41,344 nt of DNA. It comes from a virus (Duplodnaviria; Caudoviricetes). The notes under the pieces were generated by a model. It was given only the letters and a program-made list of their open reading frames with translations, did no database searches and was not told the origin of the DNA. Of this stretch, positions 25,962 through 33,701 are shown one piece after another. Each line of letters starts with the position of its first letter. The stretch's first letter is position 1. A program made the position numbers and the translations under genes. The stretch is from the IMG/VR virus record IMGVR_UViG_3300021408_000013, positions 1-41,344 of that record; one strand, written 5' to 3'.

Positions 25962-26150
25962 ATGAACAACCTAAACGAAAAAATGCAAGAAAGGCTCGAA
26001 AAGTGGAGAAAACACACTTTGGTCGTGCCTTCGGCCGCAAAGTTAAGACCCGAAAAAGCCACAAACCGTGGTGGTAAGGGCGACTATGGCGACGCTCTTT
26101 CTATGGAAGAGTGGGAAAACGAAGCTAAGAAGAGTCAAACAAGGAGATGA
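25962..26150 (+). CDS. Hypothetical protein
   Basis: AAGGA RBS; fills the operon gap. Confidence 0.5.
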   Translation: MNNLNEKMQERLEKWRKHTLVVPSAAKLRPEKATNRGGKGDYGDALSMEEWENEAKKSQTRR

Positions 26151-26151
26151 A

Positions 26152-26970
26152 ATGGAAACAGGACTGGCGGTTAGACCGCAAAGCAATGAGTTGACCGTGA
26201 CTCGTGCTTCGATACCGTCGGAGCATGAGATGATGGTTTACCATACGATGGCTGAACAGGCCGTATCAAGCAAAATGTACAAAGGCATAGGAGAGAAAGC
26301 CGGCGTGATGATGATCATGCTTGCAGCCCGTGAGCTTGGCATCCCTCCCATGCAGGCCCTTAACGGAGGAATTAACATCATAAGTGGGAAGGTCGAAATT
26401 TCAGCACGTATGATGAACGCATTAATCCGCAAAGCAGGCCACCAAATTCAAGTGAAAGAGTGTACAGATAATCAATGCGTATTGATAGGAAAAAGATGCG
26501 ACACAGGAGAGAGCCAATATTCTTCTTTCTCAATTCCAGAAGCTCAAAAGGCTGGATTGATCAAGCAAGGCGGAGGATGGACAAAGTTTCCTAAAGACAT
26601 GTGCTTTGCTAGAGCGCTTAGCCGTCTAGCGAGACAGCTATTTAGCGACGTGATCGGCATCGGATACATAGAAGGGGAAATAAATCAAGCCGCTGAAATA
26701 AAAACTTCGGAAATTTCTGAAGTAATTGCGGAGGAACTCCCTCTAATTGAAGAAGTTGTGGTTGAAAATGAGCAGGAATATATAGAGAAATTTCTCAACC
26801 TTTTTGACAAAGAAGATAAACACCATGCAATGCAATATTTGAAAGTGGTGATGAAACACTTTGAATGGAGTTCCATTCAAGCTATCAAAGAGCTTCTCAA
26901 AGACGAGAAGAAACTTTTTGATAAGTTCAATGCCTGGAAAAACAAACTCAAAAAAGCGGAGGAAGTATGA
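26152..26970 (+). CDS. RecT-like single-strand annealing protein
   Basis: AARELGIPPMQALNGGINIISGK...AGL...W.KFPKDM.FARA; AAGGAG RBS before the ATG at 26152. Confidence 0.8.
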   Translation: METGLAVRPQSNELTVTRASIPSEHEMMVYHTMAEQAVSSKMYKGIGEKAGVMMIMLAARELGIPPMQALNGGINIISGKVEISARMMNALIRKAGHQIQVKECTDNQCVLIGKRCDTGESQYSSFSIPEAQKAGLIKQGGGWTKFPKDMCFARALSRLARQLFSDVIGIGYIEGEINQAAEIKTSEISEVIAEELPLIEEVVVENEQEYIEKFLNLFDKEDKHHAMQYLKVVMKHFEWSSIQAIKELLKDEKKLFDKFNAWKNKLKKAEEV

Positions 26971-27155
26971 AATCTCTAATGTGTTTACTGACGTGTTTAG
27001 TCATGGTGGGTTGCACCCAAACTATGACGATGGTTCACACTCAAGGCCAAGCTGACGATGTAGTTGATGAGACATCAAGCGCAAGTCCAACGGTGTCGCC
27101 TAACATCTCGCCTGTTCTGAATATTCCGGCATCGGCCGCGGCGGCTATCCTATGA
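26967..27155 (+). CDS. Small lipoprotein
   Basis: Signal peptide with lipobox-like MVGC. Confidence 0.65.
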   Translation: MKSLMCLLTCLVMVGCTQTMTMVHTQGQADDVVDETSSASPTVSPNISPVLNIPASAAAAIL

Positions 27156-27322
27156 TTAAAGATTTCTTATCCAAGAATTGGAAGGTCATAGTTATCCTCG
27201 TTGTAGGTGTCGTAATTGCCTATGGATCAGTTCTTTACTTAGGTAAAAACAATCCTATTGAATTAGAAGTTGAGAAAGTGATCGAGGTAGAAACGGGCGT
27301 CAAACTCGATTTGACCCCCTAA
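27152..27322 (+). CDS. 56 aa single-TM protein (not in the ORF track)
   Basis: ATGA coupling; MIKDFLSKNWKVIVILVVGVVIAYGSVLYLGKNNPIELEVEKVIEVETGVKLDLTP. Confidence 0.7.
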   Translation: MIKDFLSKNWKVIVILVVGVVIAYGSVLYLGKNNPIELEVEKVIEVETGVKLDLTP

Positions 27323-27323
27323 A

Positions 27324-27340
27324 TGTAAAACGGGTTTACA
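27324..27340. promoter_or_regulatory. TGTAAA-N5-TTTACA palindrome
   Basis: TGTAAAACGGGTTTACA, overlapping the next ATG. Confidence 0.55.
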
Positions 27341-27657
27341 TGAACGAGGATAAAACTTGTACCCTTTGTGGGCGTTTCTATAGGGGAGACGGTCACAAAG
27401 GGGTTTGTACAAGTGAATGTTATTGGAAAGGCGTTTACGCCAAGAAGCATAAGAAGACTGTAAAGCCAGCGGTTCTTCATTATAAGCAGGAACCAAAAGA
27501 ATCAGCGATACAGAAAGCAAATGCAAAGTGGCTGAAGGACGAAAAGCCTAAGCCAAAAACTAGAAAAGAAAAAAATCGAATAGAGCGAATCTTAGCCACG
27601 AAGCATGTGCGTCATGATGAATGGTCAGGCAAGCAATATAGATCGGTTAGAGGATAA
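27340..27657 (+). CDS. Basic Zn-binding protein
   Basis: CTLCG...CTSEC. Confidence 0.55.
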   Translation: MNEDKTCTLCGRFYRGDGHKGVCTSECYWKGVYAKKHKKTVKPAVLHYKQEPKESAIQKANAKWLKDEKPKPKTRKEKNRIERILATKHVRHDEWSGKQYRSVRG

Positions 27658-27683
27658 ACAAATGAAATCAGGATGGGATAATT

Positions 27684-27815
27684 ATGCCTCTGAAAAAAGG
27701 TACGTCCAAAAAGGTTATTTCCGGAAATATAGCGACGGAAGTTCGGGCCGGAAAACCCGTGAAGCAAGCCGCCGCGATAGCGTACAGCAAAGCCGGAAAG
27801 AGCAAAAAGAAGTAG
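27684..27815 (+). CDS. 43 aa Lys/Ala-rich basic mini-protein (not in the ORF track)
   Basis: [43 protein letters not shown], a recognisable small phage protein pattern. Confidence 0.8.
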   Translation: MPLKKGTSKKVISGNIATEVRAGKPVKQAAAIAYSKAGKSKKK

Positions 27816-27956
27816 CAATTCAGTCGTACGGTAAATGCGTACTACTGACTGAAGCCGTAGTGCCAAATGAACCATTCACAGCGGATGAAGCAATGGCATT
27901 GCAGATTTATGAAAATGCTTTGAAAGAAGCAGCACCAAAATTAAAGGAGATTGAAA

Positions 27957-28127
27957 ATGGCCAAAGCGAAGTTGGGGTCGGGCAGCCGATTCAAAGCAGT
28001 GGAAAAAGCGGCAGCGAAGTCAGGGGCAGCCAATCCGGCAGCCGTGGCAGCAAAAGCCGGAATGGCAAAGTACGGAAAAGCAAAGATGGAAAAGATGGCA
28101 GTAGCAGGAAAGAAGAAGGCTAAATAG
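27957..28127 (+). CDS. 56 aa Lys/Ala-rich basic mini-protein (not in the ORF track)
   Basis: AAGGAG RBS; MAKAKLGSGSRFKAVEKAAAKSGAANPAAVAAKAGMAKYGKAKMEKMAVAGKKKAK. Confidence 0.8.
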   Translation: MAKAKLGSGSRFKAVEKAAAKSGAANPAAVAAKAGMAKYGKAKMEKMAVAGKKKAK

Positions 28128-28133
28128 CCTTCC

Positions 28134-29345
28134 TTACATGATAATGTATTCAGTAATGAATACGATGCCAGGAGTCCCAGCACCACCGGCGCGTGCGACA
28201 TTGACACCTTTGTTGGATGCGCCGCTTCCGCCTCCTCCATAGCCAGTACCTACAGAGCCAGCGGCTCCAGTGCTTGAGTTCTGAGGAACTCCACCACTAA
28301 ATCTACCACCAGCGCCATCGCCACCATAGCCAAGTTGATCGGAAGTCGAAGCATAACCGGATCCACCGAAGTTGCCTCTAAATCTATAAGCTCCTCCAGT
28401 TCCACCAGTTCCACCAAGACCGCCAGCAGTGTTTAGAGAAATTGCGCTTGCTGCTCCTCCTACCCCTCCGGCTCCTCCGATGGCTGTCATTAAAGCAGCT
28501 ACCGAAGTTGTTCCGCCAGTTCCGCCGGTGTTATTGCCGGCTGCGGCTCCTGTTCCTCCAGCACCGATAGTGATGGCGAGGCCAGCTCCTATAGTCGCGG
28601 CATCTAAGACACCCTCGGCATATTCACCACCCCCACCACCTCCGGCTTCTGCAAATTGTGAAGATCCCGTAATAGCAACCCCACCACCCCCACCACCCCC
28701 ACCCATAATTTGGAAGTTAGCGTATTGAGTTCCTGCCGTAGGAGTATAAGTTCCTGTTGCCGTAATGGTTTGAGTTTGGATGACGTTAATGCCTCCCCCT
28801 CCTCCGCCACCGGATAGAGAAACGAAGCCATTAGCATCGACTGTGAACTGAGCACTGTTAAAGTGCGCCATTCCGCTTAGGTTAGCGGTTGTTGATGCGG
28901 CGGTAGTAGCATACTGGGCTTCGATATTAAACGTATTCAAAGCCCTTGTACGCGTTTCTAATGGCACTGCGTGATTGGCTACAATAGCTCCATTGACAGT
29001 AACCAACCCTCCGGCAGTCGGAAGCACAGGATTGACGCCTGGGGCAGTATTCGCCTGAACTTGAAAACTTACTGGAGTCGCTGAACCTTCGTTAAGCTGA
29101 ATCCAGTATGCTACATTCGCTACAATCTTCGAGAGATACCACATATCTCCCTGAGTTCCTGTAGTTGGATTGATGCCAATGAGCCAAAAAGTATTAAATG
29201 GGTAGAGCTTACCGTTTTCTGGCATACGATAATCAGCGCCCGTAGGCTGCCTATTCCTAGACACGACGGTTGCTATAGCGACATTTGCCCCTAAATATCT
29301 CGAAGGATTGTTAGGTGATAATCCGGTTAAGCTTGTGCTACTCAT
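28134..29345 (-). CDS. Glycine-rich tail fibre-like protein
   Basis: FTVDANGFVSL; GTYTPTAG...GGGGGGG...PGIVFITEY glycine-rich domain. Confidence 0.8.
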   Translation of the reverse strand: MSSTSLTGLSPNNPSRYLGANVAIATVVSRNRQPTGADYRMPENGKLYPFNTFWLIGINPTTGTQGDMWYLSKIVANVAYWIQLNEGSATPVSFQVQANTAPGVNPVLPTAGGLVTVNGAIVANHAVPLETRTRALNTFNIEAQYATTAASTTANLSGMAHFNSAQFTVDANGFVSLSGGGGGGGINVIQTQTITATGTYTPTAGTQYANFQIMGGGGGGGGVAITGSSQFAEAGGGGGGEYAEGVLDAATIGAGLAITIGAGGTGAAAGNNTGGTGGTTSVAALMTAIGGAGGVGGAASAISLNTAGGLGGTGGTGGAYRFRGNFGGSGYASTSDQLGYGGDGAGGRFSGGVPQNSSTGAAGSVGTGYGGGGSGASNKGVNVARAGGAGTPGIVFITEYIIM

Positions 29346-29347
29346 TG

Positions 29348-30013
29348 TTACTCCTTTTTGTCCGTTAAGGCGCTTAAAAGCATTCCGCGTGTTCCGGCGT
29401 GATTGAAATCAATCGTAGGATCAACCCAGATATCTACGCCGGCTTTTCTTGCATTTCTGCAAAAGGTATAATCTTCTCCCCAAAACTCACCGTCATAAAT
29501 CTCACAGCCAAAGAGCATCCATCCTTTCGCGTGTTTCATAGATTCATGTTTAGGCTCGTAATAAAGTTCTGGAAGAGCTTTCTCCATCTTCTCAAAAACG
29601 TTTCGTTTTAAAAGCATGAAACCTGCTGGGATGTATTCCATTTTTAGCAAGCTACCCTCTGTCACAATTGATTGATCTTCCTTCAAAACTGGACGGAAGG
29701 TGAAAGAGTTTTCGCTGCGAGAAGGATAAACTCCAGCAACGAATTCTTTATCAGCCAAAAGCATTTGAACTACTTTTTGTGCCGGCCATCCAAGATCGGA
29801 ATCAATACAGAGTAAATGAGTGCAATCGCTCTCCATAAACATCTGAACAATACGATTCCGCTCAGCAATAATAAGCGAGCCGGAAGTCGTGATGTTGTAA
29901 ACCACTTGGACCGAATTCGTCATTAAGAGAAAAGTTGTCTCCGAAAGAGAAATAGCGTAAGGTACATGGACAGTTCCGGAATAAGCCGGCGTTGCAATCA
30001 TAACTTTATTCAT
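29348..30013 (-). CDS. GT-A fold (GT2-like) glycosyltransferase
   Basis: IATPAY, RNRIV, LLCIDSD (DxD), GFMLL, GEDYTFC. Confidence 0.8.
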   Translation of the reverse strand: MNKVMIATPAYSGTVHVPYAISLSETTFLLMTNSVQVVYNITTSGSLIIAERNRIVQMFMESDCTHLLCIDSDLGWPAQKVVQMLLADKEFVAGVYPSRSENSFTFRPVLKEDQSIVTEGSLLKMEYIPAGFMLLKRNVFEKMEKALPELYYEPKHESMKHAKGWMLFGCEIYDGEFWGEDYTFCRNARKAGVDIWVDPTIDFNHAGTRGMLLSALTDKKE

Positions 30014-30014
30014 T

Positions 30015-32264
30015 CTAGGTTGCCTTTATATAGAGCGATCTACTGAAGTTCGCTGGGGTTTCTACCGTAATTCCGAGCTGCGCATCCGTTGGCAACTGAA
30101 ATTGAGTAGTTGTATCATATAAATATATTGAAGGCGAATTGACTACAACACCTCCTGCACCTGGAGCAACAAAATATGAAGCTCCAGCAACTAGAGCAAA
30201 TAAAGTTGAAGTTGTAGGAGAAGTCCTAGAAACCCAAGTGGTAGCATTCGTTGATGTCCAAATAGATCCACCACCTCCGACCATCGCATAGATTGCCGAG
30301 GTTGTATCGTATGCCAATCCTTGGATTGCATTCGTTGGACTAATAACTGGCTGCTCAGCCCAAGTCGTTCCATCGGTTGATGTAAGGATGGTTCCTTGCG
30401 CTCCTCCGACTACGAATATTGTCCCGAAAGTCACGGCGTTAAGCTGTTGAGTTGTAAAGGAAGTTCTTGCATTCCAAGTGATCGCATCTGTCGAAGACAA
30501 GACGGTTCCTGCGTTTCCTGCTGCCACATAAACGCCGGCTCCATAAGCCATGCCATTCAATGGCGCAGTTGTTCCGCTAGTGCGGCTTGTCCATGTCAAT
30601 CCGTCCGTGGAAGTAGAAATATTTCCTACTGTCGTACCGTAGACATAAAGGCTATTCCCGAATCCTAAGCTAACAATGGTTCCAGAGTTTCCCGATTGAA
30701 CGGCAGGAGTCCATGTGATCGCATCCGTTGAAGTCAAGTAGACGTTATTTCCTATTGCCCTATAATTCGCTCCATCGTAAGCTAGACCGATTAAATCTGT
30801 GGCAGTTCCGCTTGTGCGAGCTACCCAGGTAGTTGCGTCGGTTGAGGTTCCAATACCTCCTCCAACTGTGGCATAAACATAAAGAGAATTAGCAAAGATC
30901 ATGCTTAAGATTGAGCTAGTGGTATTGCTTGTACGGTTTGTCCAGGTCGTCGCATCCGTTGAGCTTGCGATTCTTCCTCCACCACCTCCATAAGCAAAAA
31001 CTGTGCCAAAGGTGATGGTCGAGATCGTGCTCGTGGTCGCGCTTGTCCTTGCTGTCCAAGTCACTGCGTCGGTCGAAGTAAGCATTACCCCACCAACTCC
31101 ACCGGCTAGATAGAGACTTCCACCGAAAGTAAGGGAAAAGAGAGATGAGGTTGTGCCGCTCGTTTGAGCAACCCAAGTCACTGCATCTGTGGAAGTTTTA
31201 ATCATTCCACCAGGACCGGCAGCCACATAGGTAGTGCCATAAGTCAAAGCAAAGATTGATGAAGTTGTGCTTGCTGTTCTCAGTGTCCAAGTCGTGGCGT
31301 TTGGAGACGTCATAATCTGGCCTAAGGAAGATCCTGCCACGTATTGGCTATTTGCAAAGATCAAGGCATTCACACTTGTTAATAAAGGAATGTTTGGTGC
31401 ACCCCAAGTCGTTCCATCTGTGGAAGTGGCTAGATAGTTATTACCTCCTGCTGTTACGTACAAACCTGCGTTGAAAACCAAAAGGTTTCCAAGGTTCGCA
31501 ATCACGCTTGAAGGAGAAGGAACTTTTGTAAACCAGCTCGTCCCGTCTGTCGAAGTCATCATCGCGCCGGTAGATCCGGTTGCCAAAAACTTTGTTCCGT
31601 AGACAGTTGCTAAAAGACCGCTATTATTTGGAACTGGCCTTTTTACCCAGGTCTTTGAATCCGTAGAAGAAAGAAGGGTTCCGCTTACACCTGTAACAAC
31701 ATATGCTCCATTTCCAAAAGATGCTCCGGAAAGGTTTGTAGTGGTGTTAGAGATTTGATTAGTCCAGAATTGTCCTGGAGGATTAATAAGTCCTACCGCT
31801 GCAAATAATGCTGGATATGTGGCCTGCGCTAAAACTTGACCATTCAGTTTTAGCCATCCGGCTGCTAGAATTGTTGCATCTCCTCCAGCATTAGCAAAAT
31901 AATCCATTTCACCAATTATAGTCCCTCCGCTTCCGGCAGGCACAGCCCAAGAACCATCGCCTCGCCAGAAAGTGGTAGCCGTTGCTCCAGTTCCGCTATT
32001 CAAATGCGAAACCGCAAGATTACCTGAGACGAAACTAGCCAGGTCGATTGGAGTTCCATTCCAAACGCCCGTGGTAATCGTCCCTAGAGTTGTGATTGAT
32101 GTTTGCCCTACGTATGTGGCAGCGATATCAACCACAACAGCGCCAGTCGTAGGAGTAACCGTTATCCGGTCGGGAGTACCGGATACGCTGTCTACAGCGC
32201 CTCCCCCTCCCCCTGCTTCATAGTAATCAAGTCTATTAGTGAAGGGATTATATTTGTATGGCAT
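30015..32264 (-). CDS. Tail fibre/spike: collar domain interrupted by about 14 Asp-box-like repeats
   Basis: GWLKLNGQVLAQATYPALFAAVG ... TTQFQLP; repeated TSTD(G/A)xTW every ~40 aa. Confidence 0.85.
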   Translation of the reverse strand: MPYKYNPFTNRLDYYEAGGGGGAVDSVSGTPDRITVTPTTGAVVVDIAATYVGQTSITTLGTITTGVWNGTPIDLASFVSGNLAVSHLNSGTGATATTFWRGDGSWAVPAGSGGTIIGEMDYFANAGGDATILAAGWLKLNGQVLAQATYPALFAAVGLINPPGQFWTNQISNTTTNLSGASFGNGAYVVTGVSGTLLSSTDSKTWVKRPVPNNSGLLATVYGTKFLATGSTGAMMTSTDGTSWFTKVPSPSSVIANLGNLLVFNAGLYVTAGGNNYLATSTDGTTWGAPNIPLLTSVNALIFANSQYVAGSSLGQIMTSPNATTWTLRTASTTSSIFALTYGTTYVAAGPGGMIKTSTDAVTWVAQTSGTTSSLFSLTFGGSLYLAGGVGGVMLTSTDAVTWTARTSATTSTISTITFGTVFAYGGGGGRIASSTDATTWTNRTSNTTSSILSMIFANSLYVYATVGGGIGTSTDATTWVARTSGTATDLIGLAYDGANYRAIGNNVYLTSTDAITWTPAVQSGNSGTIVSLGFGNSLYVYGTTVGNISTSTDGLTWTSRTSGTTAPLNGMAYGAGVYVAAGNAGTVLSSTDAITWNARTSFTTQQLNAVTFGTIFVVGGAQGTILTSTDGTTWAEQPVISPTNAIQGLAYDTTSAIYAMVGGGGSIWTSTNATTWVSRTSPTTSTLFALVAGASYFVAPGAGGVVVNSPSIYLYDTTTQFQLPTDAQLGITVETPANFSRSLYIKAT

Positions 32265-32271
32265 ATGACCT

Positions 32272-32568
32272 CTATGAATATGTTAATGCTGCACGGTTAT
32301 CCCAGATGAAATTAAACTCACTGGAAGCGTGGCCTAAAGTATCTTGAGGCCAAGTAATAGACAGAAGATTGTTGCTTCCGTCGTACGTTAGAAGAGCAAT
32401 CTGCCACTTAGCCACCGAAGTGGCTGTCCCAGGACGAGCAAATCCTTTATAGATAAGATTCGTCCCAGTATAACTCCCTCGGAAAGTCATATCTCCCGTA
32501 TAGGAGTCTTGGATGACATTTCCTTGGGCATCTTTCTTTAAGATCGTCTGATTGACGTTATTAATCAT
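32272..32568 (-). CDS. Small tail-associated protein
   Basis: IYKGFARPG..TS..KWQI...FIWDNRAALTYS; adjacent to the fibre genes. Confidence 0.6.
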   Translation of the reverse strand: MINNVNQTILKKDAQGNVIQDSYTGDMTFRGSYTGTNLIYKGFARPGTATSVAKWQIALLTYDGSNNLLSITWPQDTLGHASSEFNFIWDNRAALTYS

Positions 32569-32580
32569 TTGCGCCCCCTA

Positions 32581-33513
32581 TTAGTTAACGATTTCCCAGC
32601 CGACTACTGAAACGTCCGCTGCTTGTGCAGCAGTAGCATCCGCAGGTTCAACCGCTCTAATGGTGAAAGAGGTTCCAGCAGTTCTTGTCAAAATTGACAG
32701 GATACCTAAGGCAGCCGCACCTGTAGCACCAACACCCTGACGATAAAGTCGGATTTGAGAGTTTGCAGTCACAGCAGTTGTGGCAATAATAGCTTCACCG
32801 GCAACTAAAGTAACCGTACCTGCTGAGTTTGCGCCGGCAGCAGTTGTTGTCGCTACACTAGTGTAAACATCTTTATTACCTGCTGTTCCTCTAACGATAT
32901 TACCATTTGTCGCTGTGATATTACCTAGAGTGGCTGTAACGGTCGTTCCAGCTGTGACAGATCCTAATGTCGCCGAAATATTGCCAGCTGAAGCAACAAT
33001 ATTTCCTAATGTAGCAGTGACATCACCTGTCGTTGCAGTAACCGATGTCATTGATCCGGCTCCAGCTGTCAATGCACCGCCATCAAGATTCAATGGAGTT
33101 GCACCACCGTCAGTTAATAGGCCCATTAAAGCCAAGCCTGCCTTAATTTCAGTTGTTGCGCCTGGTCTTGCAGCCGCAGCTACACCAAAGAAACCGATCG
33201 TTCCTGTCGCGTTACCAATGTTAGTTACTGCTCCTGCACCTGTTGCAAGGCTAGTTAAGCCTGTAGAATCTAAAGTCGTCGCATGCACTGGTCGTGGAGT
33301 TGTGCTACCAAAACCGAGCACTGGAGGAGAAGCAAAGTTTGCTACACCACCGGCTGAAACCGCAGCAGCTAATTGAGCTGGAGTGATAACCACGTTCTGA
33401 GCTGTCCCTGCCGTAGCTTCTACGTCAGTAGCTAAGCGGACGATCCCTTGTTTGTATTGTGTTCCTGGTTGGCCGTCATAGCCATTAGGATTTCTAAGAT
33501 TCAAAGTTGCCAT
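32581..33513 (-). CDS. Ala/Thr/Gly-rich virion fibre protein
   Basis: GIVRLATDVE...VVITP fibre motif; GNIxAT beta repeats; GGAGG RBS. Confidence 0.75.
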   Translation of the reverse strand: MATLNLRNPNGYDGQPGTQYKQGIVRLATDVEATAGTAQNVVITPAQLAAAVSAGGVANFASPPVLGFGSTTPRPVHATTLDSTGLTSLATGAGAVTNIGNATGTIGFFGVAAAARPGATTEIKAGLALMGLLTDGGATPLNLDGGALTAGAGSMTSVTATTGDVTATLGNIVASAGNISATLGSVTAGTTVTATLGNITATNGNIVRGTAGNKDVYTSVATTTAAGANSAGTVTLVAGEAIIATTAVTANSQIRLYRQGVGATGAAALGILSILTRTAGTSFTIRAVEPADATAAQAADVSVVGWEIVN

Positions 33514-33592
33514 AAACCCTCCGGAGGTTTAAAATAATTACTTTACATTTAACGCGAAAACCATTTCCGCGTCTTTAAAAAAGTGATTCGTA

Positions 33593-33621
33593 TTCACTTT
33601 AACGAACCACTGTGCTATGAT
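33593..33621 (+). promoter_or_regulatory. Promoter for a convergent mini-gene
   Basis: TTCACT-N17-TATGAT with TG extension. Confidence 0.5.
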
Positions 33622-33644
33622 TTAGACCTTAACCAGGAACTCTT

Positions 33645-33701
33645 ATGGAATTCTTAGCTGTCTTCGTCACCTTTAGCGTCTTAGGCTGGATGTTCGATTA
33701 A
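33645..33701 (+). CDS. 18 aa hydrophobic peptide (possible superinfection exclusion factor)
   Basis: MEFLAVFVTFSVLGWMFD; AGGA RBS; stop overlaps the stop of the ejection gene. Confidence 0.4.
   Translation: MEFLAVFVTFSVLGWMFD

Noticed and set aside
27605-28123. 172 aa ORF from the track
   Set aside because: Two ORFs in another frame have recognisable protein patterns, one with a strong RBS; the long ORF is probably a shadow.
30200-31770. CRISPR array or DGR in the repetitive fibre region
   Set aside because: The repeats are degenerate protein-level blades; there are no identical DNA repeats with spacers, no reverse transcriptase and no TR/VR pair that I could see.
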